From positions 26,846,001 to 26,910,000 of the forward strand of contig CM119372.1 of the NCBI GenBank assembly GCA_051294905.1: a DNA stretch of 64,000 bases, read 5' to 3'. Below, in pieces: positions 1 through 13,871 of this stretch (positions are counted from its first letter, which is position 1; the number at the start of each line of letters is the position of its first letter). This stretch comes from Botryllus schlosseri (lineage: Eukaryota). The notes beneath the pieces were generated by a model that had not been told where the DNA came from, searched no databases, and was given only the letters and a program-made list of their open reading frames with translations. Position numbers and translations under genes: made by a program.

Positions 1-1180
1 AACCGCTGTCCGAGATCAATGATATATATACAATGATTTGAAACTCCAGTGAGATCTGCGTTTGAGCGCGTCGCGAGTCATGCTTCACCACAGAAATGGT
101 TGAGATGTAAACAAAAGGTTCGTCGGCAATCTTTCTCTGGAAACTAGCGTTACCGTGGTGGAAAGTTTCTATCATGACCTCTGTTGAAGGTGAAATGTGT
201 GCGCAAGAGCGACCCACAATAGGTAGAAAGTTCATGCCACTGTCTATTTCAGGTTTGATAGACTTGTGCGCAGCCAATGATATATAAATGATTGTTCACA
301 GCGTATACTTTGTATAGTCATTATAATGTCCTCCGGTATGGCAACTATTACAGTCATAGTTGACTTGCAAGATAGTGACTTCGAAGAAGTGGACGGAATA
401 GAGACAGTCCAACATTCCCCTTCACTCAACAAATTTCCAGACTTACACATCACCATCTATTCCTTCAACAGTCAAGGTGATCATGGGAGAATTTGATCAA
501 ATCCGAGCGTCATAGCAACTTATCTCATCGTATGGGTATTACAGAAGCAAGATTTTGAACACCCAAAATACCCCCCTCACCTCCTCATGGACTCTTAAGT
601 GCGCTGATACTAGTTGTGACTAAATTTCAATGAGGATACCAACACCATAATATCAATGAGAATTTTATGCAAGGTGTAGATATTTCATTTGATATAACTG
701 CATAGCACATTGCTAACGCACTAGGAAACATCTTTTGTTACTATGTCAGAATTTGTTGTTATCAAAATTCAGAATAACAAGAACCAAAATCTTAGTCAAC
801 GGAAAGCATATAAGTCAAGTCAATTTGTAGCAAGAGCAATATGAGTCATTCAATTAATGTACTATGTGCAATGTGCATTGTGCATCAATTTTTGTTGCAA
901 TTTATGAAACTGTGCTGTGATATTATAACCAATCGGATAACTGTGCCTAATAGTTGATAACGTCAATGTTTCTTGTCACGCATCAAATATATATATTCTC
1001 AAATGTTATTTCTTTGCGCGTTCCTGTTCTCTATTGATGACAATAACAGCACTGCAGTTAAATGGTAGAGCAGGGATTTTACATGGCGTGGAGCATGGGT
1101 ATGCACTGTGCATTGAAGCATCAAGTACCGTGCCATTTGAACCCGTAGTATGTTAATGTTTCTTCAAGCCTCTTTAGAAA

Positions 1181-1760
1181 TCAATTACGGTACTCTTTAA
1201 AAACTACCATACCGCAGGTATGGCCAGATTTCCTGATCAGGCAAAAAATGATTCCAATAACGGATCCAGACACAATCTCTTGGTGATAATGAGGTAGTCT
1301 GCTTGATGGATTGGCAAAAATGTCTGTATCAAATTTAATATTGCTGTTGTTTTCTTGTCGCGTTGATAAGTTTCCCTGCTCACGAGTTTCGTTGCTTTGG
1401 GCGTTGCCGTTTCTGTGGCATGAGAATATCTCCAGTTTTGCAGTAGCGTCAAGAAATCTTTTTCGAGGTAGTACAGGTGAAGCAATATTCATTTGTAATG
1501 CAATATGGCTTAGAATGGCAGTTGGAACATGACATTATAGAATGACATGGTGGCTTCCCATGGACTTCCAGCCGTGCCAGGATTCCAGAAGATAATGATT
1601 TGCATTAAGATCACTAAATTCTTGTGTGAAACAGCACTTTCCAATTTCCTCTCGGTTGTGGGTTACTTTGCGGCTGTTTCATTACACGAAGAATCTTTTC
1701 TTGAAAGTTAGAATGGACTACAATTTTGAAATTAGTTAATAATGGTCCTGTAAAAAGATT
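1181..1760 (-). mobile_element. Decayed P-element/THAP9-type transposase fragment (C-terminal catalytic region)
   Basis: Minus-strand frames give KLVSRETY...ILNLIQTFL...DYLIITKRLCLDPLLESFF, then after a frameshift LIRKSG. This matches the P-transposase pattern RLxQDPLExFFGxIR. Upstream HSNFQEKILRV resembles PxNFQKMRV. Stops and frameshifts throughout; no termini identified. Confidence 0.55.
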
Positions 1761-3189
1761 ATGCATTAGACATTGGATATTACAAAATGGAATTTGTTAT
1801 ATCACAGTTTTGCCAGTCAACTACAATTGAAATCAAGTTAAATATTCAAGCCATCAAGTAATTTTCGTACTACCACATATGCCATATATATGAGCATATT
1901 CAAGAGAGAGATTTTTCACTGGAGGACTGTGGAGATACATTGCTGGAAATATATCCTGGGTATTTGACGCAGTATGTACATACAAATACAAGTTGCTGCT
2001 CATGCTTAGGTCATAAAGTGTGATGCAAATGGCGAAAAATCTTGAAGGTAGACACAAAATCCTTTCCCAACCTTTCAATGAATAAGATGCCATAAAAGGT
2101 TGCACGCAAATGCTAAAATTATCTATTTTGTACAATTCTTCCACCTAACAATCTTGACGAATACTCCTTGTCAATTTTCAAGGTTTACAGGCAATTCATG
2201 AGGAACACTTCACGACGTGTAGTTTATATCGAAGAAGTGCCAAAACGTTTACCAGGTATATTTTGAATACATGGGCATTGGTAGAGGTTTTCGCCTACCC
2301 CGGTGTGAAACATTACCTCGCCATGCTGACGCAACCAGCTATTAAGAAGAGCACAACATATCACGCTAGGTCGATGTAAACAATACCAACTATGAAGTGA
2401 TTATCCTCAATGTAATTCTAGTGCATTGTTTTGCCGATGCAATATAGTTCGGAACAATGCCGATTCTCGTCATTGATGGGAATTCAACGTTTTTAACCGG
2501 GAAAAGTTATTTATATTAGTATTCAGCAACCAGTAGCCTACAATGATAGTTTTCGGTTAGTTATGATGTTATATTATGAAGCTGCTATCGCTAAAAAGTA
2601 CTTAGTTGCTCACACAATCATCGTAATAAATTCTTCTCTTTTAGTAAATCAGGTGACGTACATTATGCCGGAAAATTTTCAAATCCTCTTTTACCAATCC
2701 TTGCAGGTTCTGTACATCTATGTTGACGCTCACCCACAGTATCTAATAATTTTTAAGGCTGTGCCGTACATGCATGTACTCCACCGATGCTAAAATGCCT
2801 AGCAGCAAGTCGCTACTTTGATAAATGTGCATCGTTAAAAGTTATATTAAATCCTAGTATGCTGTACTGCCTCACTATGCTCATGAAACCAACTAAAACT
2901 AAACCAATTAGGGAAAATCGGTTAAACATTACGACAGCAAGGTCGATTGCAGCACTCCACCACAGTCGACATAACGCAATTCCGTACTTCCGCTCAAGCA
3001 TATCCCGCGACGGACTGATTTCGCCGCGAACCTATCTTATAGCGTTAAGGATCGTGGCAGCGTGGCAGTTTCCAAATTTTTCGTTCAAAATTGTTGCCTA
3101 GTGTAATCTAAGTCACTCTGAATTGCGCCAAGCGTGAATTGCGCCAAGCGTGAATAAAATTGTAAAGTTAAATTAAAATATCTCAAAGA

Positions 3190-3345
3190 TTTGGGAACCA
3201 ATTGGTTACTTCAAATTGCATGTGGACGGCCGCAACCACACGTTAATTCAATTATGTGTAGAGGCCCTCTACTAGAGGGCCGCATAATCTATGTTTTGCG
3301 GCTGCATGCGACCGTACGTCTGAAGGTTGGTCACTTCTGGCCTGT
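3190..3345 (+). mobile_element. 3' end fragment of a hAT-type MITE (same family as 29617-30450)
   Basis: gacggccgcaaccacacgttaattcaattatgtgt...gggccgcataat...aggttggtcacttctg resembles 30374-30440. Its end is the reverse complement of caggggtgaccaaac at 29617. Confidence 0.5.
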
Positions 3346-6300
3346 CGAAATAAGGCTGCAACGTATTGGAAGTGTTAAATACTAATCAGGGCTCGAGGTT
3401 ACTGGACCACATCCAGCACAGTGGTTCTCAAACACTAGCCGCCGGCTACGCCCCTGCAATTATGTACACTGCGCTATTATAAGCATCTCGCGGGAGTACC
3501 AATTCAAAATGTTTGAGCTCTCTCAGCGATTTCCTCAAGAATTGTTATACACAGGTATCGCAGGCTGACCACATGTCATCTCCATCCTGTTCTACTCCAA
3601 CATGAACCAACAACTCCATTACCAACGTTTAATGATGAGAAGTATTTGATAATGACAGGGTTCTCAACCGGTGTGCTGCGGCACACTAGTGTGTCAATTG
3701 GACTGTTCAGATGTGCCGCGAGCAAATGTGGTAAACTGGGTCAAAGTCAGACATGGAGTGATTACTTTATGAATGTAATCGATTGCGATTACGATTACTT
3801 CTGAATCTCGCGATTACGATTACGATTACAGCAAAATCAGGAAGTAGTCGATTACGATTACATTGAAAAAGTAATCACGATTACTCACGATTACATTCAT
3901 TTCGCTTCTTAGAACTAGTCTTAGAATATATATTGAAGACAATAAGGATGCGATGAAAATGCCCAATGAGATGACAACTTTCTTTATAAATGATACGTCA
4001 TTTGCTTGTTACGTCATAATGTACCCATTGCCCAGCTTTATAGTGGACGATTTATCGCACCCAACGATTTGAATTCTAGCCAGGATCGTAATTGCCGCTT
4101 GTAGCTTGATTTTGAAATGCATACCTCTCCCCTTAAGACAAAACGTGCATAATTTAAAGGCATTTCGGTGCCGGTCATTAACGCGCCACAACGCAACAAA
4201 ATACATATGCAGTTTCGGCTTTCGGCCCACTTGCGACTTCACGAAGTGCGCTACCAAAGAAAGAACTTCACCGAAATGTTGGGTACGCCTGTGCGTCCAT
4301 TATCAATAGCCGCGCAGGGTGGGCGTGACGAATATATAGTGTTGTCCTTCCAATCTGAGCGCCACATTACAAATGTCACTCGGGGCACCCACAGAGGAAT
4401 TAGGACATGACAATTTGTGTGTGCGACGCACACTGTGCGTCTCTCGTCTCAGGAAAATTTTTCATTAGTCTGATACGTTTCGGCAACTACGATATCTTTT
4501 GATTATTTTGATTATATTACAGACGGGAGGTCATGAATTAACAACATATAATAAATTATAGTTATAACAATACCAGATATTATAACTATGAATACGTGCC
4601 CCCAGCTCTACCGGTAAATCTAACCATCGGGGGCTGAGAGAGGATTAGTAATGAATATAGTAATATAATACAATTACCAATATTATTGACGAAACTCAGT
4701 CATCAACTTTAAAATTGACCACCCTATGAGGAACCAAGACAAACGCTTGGAGTGGAGGGGGGAGGGGCGAATTGCTGTTTTGGTCCTGATTCTAGCTACA
4801 ACCCACGCTAACATGGTGTATAAGCGTATAGCTATGGTGACAGGCCCAAATGTTGAGTAAAAAATTGCGAAATAACGTTGACACCCGTTTCAGGTAGAGT
4901 CATATGAGAATAAGATAAAGTGAACATAAAATTTGGTGTTCCACTTAATACAGATAGCCTACTGCAAGCTGCAGTTACGAGAAACGGCAAATAACGGCTC
5001 GGTTATGATAAATATCAGCAGCTGTTGATTTTTATTGCTTCGTTGTGGATATCGTAATGTCTCATTTGACGAGAACAAAATTTCACATCTTTGTTCGATG
5101 TAGGTACGTAAGTATGCCAACGTACATAGGCGAGGCCTATTGCTCGCCAAGCAGCAACGGTCAGACTGCGTTCAATTAAGCATAACCAAACATAACTACA
5201 TAAGTTAGTATTTGACAATATAGGCAGAATGGTGATTATTATGCTGCTGCGAGGTAGTGGTGTGCGGAGTGTATTGATAACCTGATATACAGCATGGCGG
5301 GTGTTCTTGAAACTACACTACAATGTAGGCCTACATCGAATATCTATATATTATGTGTAACTAATAAAGTTATATTCATTCGCAAGTGAACGTCAAATAG
5401 GATGTGAAAGCCAGGGCATGGTATGGTATGGTATGGAACGAGAATTTTCCATACTCCATACTTGCCTTACTCTCTCCATACCATACTTGCAATTTTCCAT
5501 ACCATACCAACATTGTTCCATACCATACTTGATAGGCTACATATTCCATACTTTCAAATACTTCAATATCATAAGTATAGTATACCTTTTCTAGCACCTA
5601 TATTATTGATATTTTGGATGTCGTTATTGCTTAAACTAGCCATGATGCGAATCTAACTCCTGGTAATAGGTTAACAGAGTCTGTTTTGGTGAGGTTTAGT
5701 TCACAGTGGTGAGGTGCCGTGTACCTCTACTCGGCAGCGTCCGCGAGCAAAATGAGATAGTCAGCAGATTGTTATCTAGGAATGTCAACAAAGGGACTGG
5801 CAACATACGGCCCGCAACGAGATTTTGTCCGCCCCGCGGACAGTTTCCCGTCTTACATGATCATGTGGCCCGCGGCCCCAATCTGCCGAGATTCCCCACT
5901 ACTTGCCTAAACATCAAATTTTAGTGACTGCATGTTATTATATAGGTCTGCGCACTGCGCGAGAGTGGAGCTTCAGCTTAGGGGTAAGTCCCTCGAAGCG
6001 AGAAGACTTGCATTATCGGCATTTACGATGTACTCAACCCTAATGAATTGATATCTTGGTACATTTTGGGTAAAGGGGCTTATCAAACGCTTTGAAATCC
6101 TAATTGAGGATTGCACTGTGAGTTAGTTGATCAGAGAGAAGCAGACATGGCGGCGCCTGTATGACAATGCTGTTCTCAAATCCACATTGTATTTTCATTA
6201 TTGGCGAGAAATGGCTTTGAAGTGACATTTCTGTCGATAAAATACAATCAATAAATACGATATATTCAGTGGCGGCTCGTCCTGTAGGGCAACTGGGGCA

Positions 6301-6689
6301 TTGCCCCACCTAAAATTCTGTTCAATAACAATTTAACCATTTATAGACGCAGAGCAATCAGTATATACCGAGATCACGGCGAAACCCGCATTATTCTTGT
6401 GCTTTCGCTAACAAATGCCCATACGTAGCGAAGTCTCTGCGAAAATCGAATTCTCTTCTGTGTTTTCGCTTTGTGAATGCCTAGCCGGGGCTTGCCCCGG
6501 TAGCGCTCATAACAAGCTTTCACTATCTATTCTCTCAAAGCCGCGCACAATAAAGAAACGGTGATTTACTCTCTACTATTCGTAAAATGGCCGAGCAAGT
6601 GGGGCAACTATGCCTGTCGCCCTTAAGGTGTGATGTAACAATCGTATCTATATCTGAACTCGGTTACCGTGATATGCGTTGACTCGACC

Positions 6690-7700
6690 ATGGCTGGTAT
6701 ATGTCGATTTTGACGGTGTTTCGCACCATGATAATTCTTGAAACTTGGTACGATATGTCGTGAAGGTAGTATTTAGCACTGCTCCAAGTTTCAGGCTTGC
6801 TACTCAAAGATAAGGGTGGTAATTTCGTTTCCGAACTTCAGTGTGTGCTGATCTATCATGTACATTGTACAGCAAACAGATTTTACTCAAAAGCCGGTAT
6901 TGGTCTCCATTGATTTTGACGATGTTCCATACCGAGATCGGTCATGATATTTGGCACAGTAAGTCTTAATGTTAGTATCGACCGCTGTAATAAGTTTTAA
7001 GTTTGTCACTGAACTATGTGGGTGGTAATTTCGTTTCCAAAGTCGAGTGAGAGCTGACTCTTCATTTATCGCTAACAGATTTACGCAAAAGCCGTTATTG
7101 GTCTCTATTGATTTTAACGATGTTCCATACCTAGATCTGTCATGAGCTTTTGCTCGGTATGTCTTGATTTTAGTATCGAACGCGGTGCCAAGTCTTAAAG
7201 TTAACGCTCAATGATTGAGGCAGTTATTTCGTTTTCGAGGTCGAGTATGGTAGAGATGCGCGCTGATCTGATACTTAGCCTACCTACATCATTGCGGATC
7301 TCACGGAAAAGCCGGTGTCTGTCTGTGCTAATCTAGTCTGCGTTCCATAACGAGATCGGTGATGATATTTCCAATGGTATATCTCGATGATCGCATGAAA
7401 CAGCTAACTAAGATTCTCGGTTTGCATTCAAATATTCACATAATTTTATGTTCGCCAATGTGCATTTCACTGTGAAATTGTGGCCTTCAAACCATTTGCT
7501 TACAATCCCCTGTCAAATGCGATAGCTATTTCATTTTCGATGTCGGCTAACAGCTGATCATTCGATCAGCCTATTCCTCGATCTATTTTACTCAAAGTTC
7601 GGTGTTCGTCTGTTTGTATTGATTTTGACAGTGTACCATGCCGGAATGGGTTATGAGATTGCGAATGCTACTTCTCGATGATTTCATGTAACAGTATGCT
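6690..7700. repeat. Diverged tandem array of ~200-290-bp units
   Basis: Marker aaaagccggtattggtc...gattttgacgatgttccatac recurs at ~6889, 7087, 7307 and 7594. The same unit occurs inside 21973-23187 (22531, 22754). Confidence 0.75.
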
Positions 7701-9123
7701 AAGTTTACGGCTTTCATTCATGTATTTATTGATTAATATATTTTCCAACGGCGATTTGGCAGCAGACAGTAAGCCGTATGTGTTGCGTCACAATCTCCAG
7801 TTTCAAGGCCAAAATGTACTATGTTGTTCCGAGACCGAAGTTCCGAGGCTGCTGTCCTTAGTTCTTCAAAGACCATTCAAATTGATGTTCTGGATTCAAT
7901 ATGGCAGGCCCAATCTATGAGATAACAATTGCGTATGTGTCCGAAGTCGTTGACCTTTGCAGTTAGGCTTACGCAATCTCTCGAGTTCTAGTCATTGGAA
8001 TTAGTCTGGTCAAGTCAAGTGCGAACATGAATCGTATTGAATCTTTGCTCCGTACGTAGGCTAGTTTACGCAGTTGCCTTTAGAGCGAAAATTAAAGGTC
8101 TAGAAGACTACTCCTTGTCGCTTCGACATATTCCTGTCTTTTCATTGTATCGCATTTTTGTGGTGTATTGAACTGATAAAATTGCTAATAAACCAATGAT
8201 GATGATGATAGAAATTGTCCAGTCCATTGATCCAATCGTACGCCGGGTACCTCCGCTTTGGTTGCCTATCACCTGGTCGTAACTCGTAACCACCAGCTCA
8301 GTGGTCGTAACACACCAGGATCGTGTACGAAACACTTTCGGACGGCCTATCGATTTGCATAATCTCTAACTCTACCATGAAATCATAACGCATGCTACTA
8401 AGGATGACCTGATAATTGATTCGTGGCATAGGGACGATTCTTAGTTCACGTACATTATGTAAAATAATCCTTTGATTAAAAAAAATGAATAAAACATTTG
8501 TTACCACACTTCAAGTCACGGCTCACCGGCAAACCTCTCGCGGCACCTACGTTAAAATCACTGTTGTCGGGAAATTCATGTGACCATCATATTAAAGTTA
8601 CTTTTTTACGTTGGAAAACGCCATTGTGACGTCATGTTGATAAAAGTCGCTCGCAGCCATTGCCCCACCACCCGATATTGTCACGAGCCGCCACTGGATA
8701 TATTCCTTGTATATATGGGCGAATAACTTATCCATTCAGCAATCCGGCCCGCCAAGTACTTAATTTTCCTATATCCGGCCCGCCGACTAGAGAAGTTGCA
8801 CGCCCCTGCTCCATAAGATATCATCGGATTTCCGTTACATTGGCATGAGGCACATGCAAGTTTGAAGTAAATACTCGCAAAATAATTTATAATATAGGCG
8901 CACCCATAATATATCCCAGCTGCAGGCGATCAATACTGCAGCGATCTGCGTGATTATTAGTACAGTATTTGGTTGGGGTTAGTGTGGCGAGAATTTCGAA
9001 CTAGATCTACCCCACTCCCTGATCTGTAATCCTAATGCGAGAGCGTTTGAGACATGACCAATAAGATAGCTCGGTATGTAAATAATATAAATGTGCGGAT
9101 AATGTTCAGAAGAAATGTAATTT

Positions 9124-9524
9124 TAGGGCAAGTTTTTGCAACTTTTGCAACTTTTTTTACAGCTTCCGGCAGCTTCCTAAATACTCGTAAGATATGTAGA
9201 ATGTTGTTTTAAGCTGTTTGAAGGAATCTTATAGTGCAACTTTTTGCAACTTTTGTCCATTTTTTTCATGCAACTCTGCAACATTTTGCAACTTTTTCGA
9301 TTTCTCATGAAAGTTTTGGTGAAATACACGGCCAAATTCGACTGAAGCACCGTAAATCAGCACCGAAGTACGGGTATTTCGGGAGCTGAGCAGGTAAATT
9401 GACCTTTTTTCTTTAGTCAACCGAGCAAAATGTGGTCTTTTAGTGCAAATTTTGCAACTTTTGTCAAAAGTAAATAAATATATGCAACTTTCCGCGGATT
9501 TAACTGCAACAAAAACTTGCCCTA
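9124..9524. mobile_element. hAT-type MITE with TGCAACTTT subterminal repeats (401 bp)
   Basis: TIR tagggcaagttttt / aaaaacttgcccta. Flanks gtaattt(t)/gtaattat are consistent with an 8-bp TSD. Many tgcaacttt motifs inside. Confidence 0.85.
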
Positions 9525-11129
9525 GTAATTATATATCAATCACATTGAGCATTAAGTACGTTGCATCATGATTGCTTGTAAGCTCTCGTCACTCAAGGAA
9601 TGAGGTAGTTGGAGTAGCCAACATTACCAATTATTGCGTCACATGATAGACTATGCTCGGAGACGTCGTGTCCAGACTCAATAGAATATCGGATCAACAT
9701 TACTGTTGTGATTATTACATCACAAAATCATGTCATTCCAAGTGCTCGTAAAACCGTTGCACAAGCTTGTATTTGATCCTACACAGCGTTCAATAGTTCA
9801 CGTTCACACATAACAAAAGCGATCATATTCCGTGAACAGCGAACAACGTACGCTTCTTGAAGATTGCACGATAAAATGTATAAAACACCAAAGTATGGAA
9901 GTATGGAAATGTCGTTCCATACCATAGATTAAAATCTTCCATTCCATACCATACTTGCATTGTTCCATATTCCATACCGAAATATCGATCCATACCATAC
10001 CATACTTCCATACCATACCATACCATACCATGCCCTGGTGAAAGCTACCAAGGTCTTAGGTTTAGATATATCGTCTGCTATCGGCGCAACAAAGCATTCA
10101 TTCTATATTATGTGAGGATACTTCTTACGCAATGACGAGTAAAGCTAACACTTCTGACGTAATAATGAGCAGTGACGATTGGAAGTCAGACGTTTGTGCT
10201 ATCACTAACCTCAACCTGGTATAATATCTCTTCCTTGTTCACGAATGTTCAGTTTATGTCATAGTTCTTGTACGTACAGATTAAAAGTAATCGTTCTTCC
10301 ACTAAGAAATCGATTAAATATTGGAAGTAGTCGATTACGATTACGATTACTTCGGATTTTTCTCGAATGTAATCGATTGTGATTACGATTACTTGAAAAT
10401 GCTGTAATCGTCGTAATCGATTACGATTACTAATCGCGATTATCCCATGTCTGGTCGAAGTATAACAAAAATCCAAATTTTGAGTGTGTCATTGTTGTAT
10501 TTTCTATTGAATTTACTATATCAAGACACCCGATGTACAATCCGATGCAGTGAACAGATACAAGGATGTCGAGACGACCATAGTAACGGTATCTCAATCT
10601 AGTAGCTCAATCAGGCATCCCCATTAGATCATGGATTGGGTCTTTTTCTGGCTTTTTATTGTAAAGACGCTCCGAGCACAGCAACGTATATGGTCGGAGA
10701 ATCTCATAAATCTGCGACGCTTCGTAACTTGTTACTGCACTGCCATGAATGAAGCTGGAGCCTCCACCGTCAATGGGTGTGATACGCTAGTTTGCCAACA
10801 TATGGTAGGACGGTGATAGATAACAGATAACTAAACTCGGGCAATTGGACCGTGATGTTGAGGTGTAGCCGAAGGTGACCTTTTACTTGTCACCCCATCA
10901 GAACCGGAAACAAAACAGGGACATGACGCAGTTGATGACCTTTTTCGTTTCTATTTGTAGTCGTATTCTTGCCATGTCTTCGTTATCGATGATCATTTTA
11001 TACCATACCGATATTCCTTATTTTGATTCTTGAGATGCCAACTTATAGCACGGCCCACTTTTTGTAAGACACTGCTTTTGCAGATCGGAGGACGAGTAGG
11101 AGCCAATGTAAACCTCCAACACCTAGGAA

Positions 11130-11600
11130 GGCATTCCCACCATAGAGAAATGAACTCATTTGGAAGTGATGTTCACGTTTACAAATTAGAATTGCCAACA
11201 GCCATTCACATTGCGATTGTTAAGTAGCGTGTCAGCACTGCAGGTAAAATGTAGACTCAGCGCGCAACGTAATGTTGCAGGTGACAAATTTGAGAATTGA
11301 GAAGTAAAGTTGATCAAATTATATCAGTTAACAAATTTCACCGGCCCTGAGGTTTATTAGCCCGGTTTGTTGGAACTGCAATTGGCTGGCTGCCAGTAAG
11401 ACTTTTGAGGTATTGCTATCCTTACAGAAGCTGTTACACGATCTGCATGGAAATGCGTTTGACTTCCATGTATAAGTACAGACACCTCTCTGCGTCTGTA
11501 TTTGTTGGTGGCGATCGTGATGGAACTCTTCCATGCGACGGTTAATTACATCGACAACGAGGTAGTAGGTAGACTTTATTGTCAAGCCAATCTTATGAAA
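11130..11600 (-). mobile_element. Decayed hAT transposase C-terminal fragment (ZMYM1-like/hATC dimerisation region)
   Basis: Minus-strand YYLVVDVINRRMEEF, then FSNLS..LRCALSLHFTCSA and VNG/LLAILICKRE, resembling hAT motifs (IxxxxxRF; FPNLxxLLxIALTLPVTxAxxERSFS; RLNGLALLxIE). Frameshifted. Confidence 0.45.
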
Positions 11601-11713
11601 TCAACCTCAGCCTGAAGTTTGAACGAGATCTCAGCAGGTCTAAGAAGTAATAGCTGATAATTCAAAACCTCACACGGATTCAGAGAAAGTTCTTATTCCT
11701 GCGAGCAATAAAA

Positions 11714-11830
11714 TTGCAAAAAAATGTCTGGGAAGAATTGAAAACGATCCCCATGTCAAATGATACCATCCGTAGACGTATTTGTAACATGTCCGCAGAG
11801 ATAAAAGAAAACTTAATTTATTCTTGGAAG
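11714..11830 (+). mobile_element. Buster/Charlie (ZBED5/SCAND3-like) hAT transposase fragment
   Basis: EELKTIPMSNDTIRRRICNMSAEIKENLI matches the characteristic LKxIPLSNxTVxRRIxxMSxDIK segment. It lies ~200 bp from the element 3' end, so the element is internally deleted. Confidence 0.8.
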
Positions 11831-13362
11831 CAGAGAAAAGCCTACTTGAGTACTCCGAAATGGCAGAAGTACTTCGTCAGTGACCTCCTATGTAAGACTG
11901 TGGTTGTGCTATACGCATTCTGGTAGTTTGCCTCTGCCGTAAGCCAAAAGAGTTCAGAACCACTGTGCCAGTGTGCCACGAACTATTTTCATTTTCAAAG
12001 TGTGCCACGAGGTCAAAAAGGTTGGGAACCACTGGCTTATGACATCAGAAAAAGAATGTAATTTACAAGCAGCGTACAATAATATGAACAATGGACATTG
12101 TACGATATTGCACACCTGGTCAACATATTCTGAAGGATAAACTCGCCTATTTATCGTGATAGCTAGTCATCGGTCCATTTTAATGCGGATCTGGTACACC
12201 CCGGTACACCCCATCCGAGTGGTACACCCTTTCATAATTTTGGTACATCCTTGGGTGTATAATACACCCGGTTGAAGAGCCCTGATCTAGGGTTACCATA
12301 TATTGGTAATCTGAAAAGAGGACACTTTTTAAAAATCTTCAGGCTTACAATACCGGAGTGAAATGCGAAAAAATTGGTAAATTTATTGCCAGTTTGTAAT
12401 TGTTTGACGAAATAAAAAAGGTTATTTTGCCGACCCAACTCCAGAAATGCACACCGTCATTTAATTTTACGTTGGTTGACTAAAAAAATGAAGGCCACAT
12501 CATGCCACAATGTTTAAGTACATATTGACGTTTTAAACGTCGCTGAATGTATCAACTGGGGCAATCAAATTATATAATAATCCCATAAAATCAATATCTT
12601 CCATCGCTTTGCCGACAATTTCGATTTAGACTTGCATGAGAATATAAGCTTGACGGTCGAGGCCAGACCGGACAATGTATTCGGCGTCTGAGTGTTGCTA
12701 CGTTGATATTGAGCTGGGTGTAAACGGGTTTCTATACTTGTTACGGATATTACCCCATTAACAACTTATACAGCAGTAGCCGACACCCCAATAGCCCGGA
12801 TTTGGTTTTTATGATCCAGTAGACATATGAAGTCAAGATTGACCCCGTATTCTTGCTAGATTTTTGGCATCAGACAACGATATCTATCTCATTGATTGGT
12901 TGAATAAGCATCATTCGCTTACTACATGTGGTATATTTAGCTCTTGATGCTGTGTAATTGCGGATCAAGCTCACAGCAGACAGTCACCAAATATTCACAA
13001 ACGGATAGCTGGACATTTTGAGCAAACTTTTATGACAACGCATGTAAAATTTTTGAGATTGTTAAGGTGCATGCTCGTTTAGTGTTGATTTTCTTATGCT
13101 GCCAGCGCGATACATAGAGTGGCCCGCAGTTGAAATGCAATAAATTTCGACCAAAGATGTTATATTGAAGTGAAAATTGTTATATAGGAAAAAGGTTTAC
13201 AATGCAGAACCTACCAAGGCACGTTTGTGAACGTGAACCTCTAAATTTCCGAAGTTCACACACAGAACGCGAACGTGAACGTTCACACCATCCCTACCCA
13301 ATAACATATGGTGTTTTGTATCGATACGTTGCACGCATTAAAAATATTCTCATTTATGTCAG

Positions 13363-13509
13363 CATCCGCAACATTGGCTGAAGGTGAGCATGTCCATCAA
13401 AAATTTACCAACAGCCCGGTAAACGTCCTGGTCGGAGATGAGATCCATGGGAATAAAATCGTCAATATCACTACTAGTGCTGAATGCGAAGCAACCACCA
13501 AAAACCAAG
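13363..13509 (+). CDS. Candidate symmetric phase-1 exon (49 codons), probable N-terminal exon of the NLR gene
   Basis: Acceptor ttatgtcag|, donor ccaag|gtgagt, length 147 bp, open frame (A)SATLAEGEHVHQKFTNSPVNVLVGDEIHGNKIVNITTSAECEATTKNQ. A paralogous exon follows at 13872. Confidence 0.6.
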
Positions 13510-13871
13510 GTGAGTATAACACCGTTTTATCATGTATGTAAGTATGTCACACTGGTTAAGAACGAACGAAATTTCACCCGTCATGTCATTGTATGTGACC
13601 GACGAAATCGTTGAAAGTCGGACCGTTGGCAGTGGAACGATTTTAGACCAGTCTCGAAATGCTATGTCAGCATTTCGCTTTGCGAGATATCCAGCTGAAC
13701 ATAATATACTCCGCGCCCGGGAAATGTTATGTGAACGACTTCATGCAGGCGCCAGTTCAGTGATTTCTATCCAGCCCCAAAACGACTATTACGCAAGTTC
13801 GGTGCAATTTGGAGTATAGGCATTATCGATACATATACCTTCATTGCATGTAATAACTTCATGTGTCTTAG

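Larger units (their letters stand above)
5412..10037. mobile_element. Non-autonomous hAT-type element with (CCATA/TATGG) subterminal repeats (4626 bp including insertions)
   Basis: TIR cagggcatggtatggtatgg / ccataccataccatgccctg. Perfect 8-bp TSD gtgaaagc at 5404-5411 and 10038-10045. Confidence 0.92.
3748..10453. mobile_element. Non-autonomous hAT-type element with GATTAC subterminal repeats (6706 bp including insertions)
   Basis: Termini cagacatgg...cccatgtctg. GATTAC arrays at 3770-3895 and 10320-10440. Flanks gtcaaagt (3740-3747) / gtcgaagt (10454-10461), 7/8 TSD. Confidence 0.85.
3656..12034 (+). mobile_element. Buster/Charlie-like hAT element (outer shell of a nested stack, 8379 bp including insertions)
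   Basis: 5' end cagggttctcaaccggtgtgctgcggcacac; 3' end gtgtgccacgaggtcaaaaaggttgggaaccactg. Flanks gataatga/gcttatga (6/8 match) are consistent with an aged 8-bp TSD. A Buster-type transposase remnant lies at 11714-11830. Confidence 0.65.

Noticed and set aside
3119-3155. 16-bp tandem duplication tgaattgcgccaagcg
   Set aside because: Real, but an ordinary local slippage event with no associated structure.
5376-5656. WYG-repeat ORFs (also 9804-10031)
   Set aside because: Translation of CCATA/TATGG transposon repeats.
3770-10440. Short-repeat arrays (GATTAC, CCATA) as CRISPR-like arrays
   Set aside because: No constant repeat with unique spacers and no cas genes; they are subterminal repeats of TSD-flanked elements in eukaryotic DNA.
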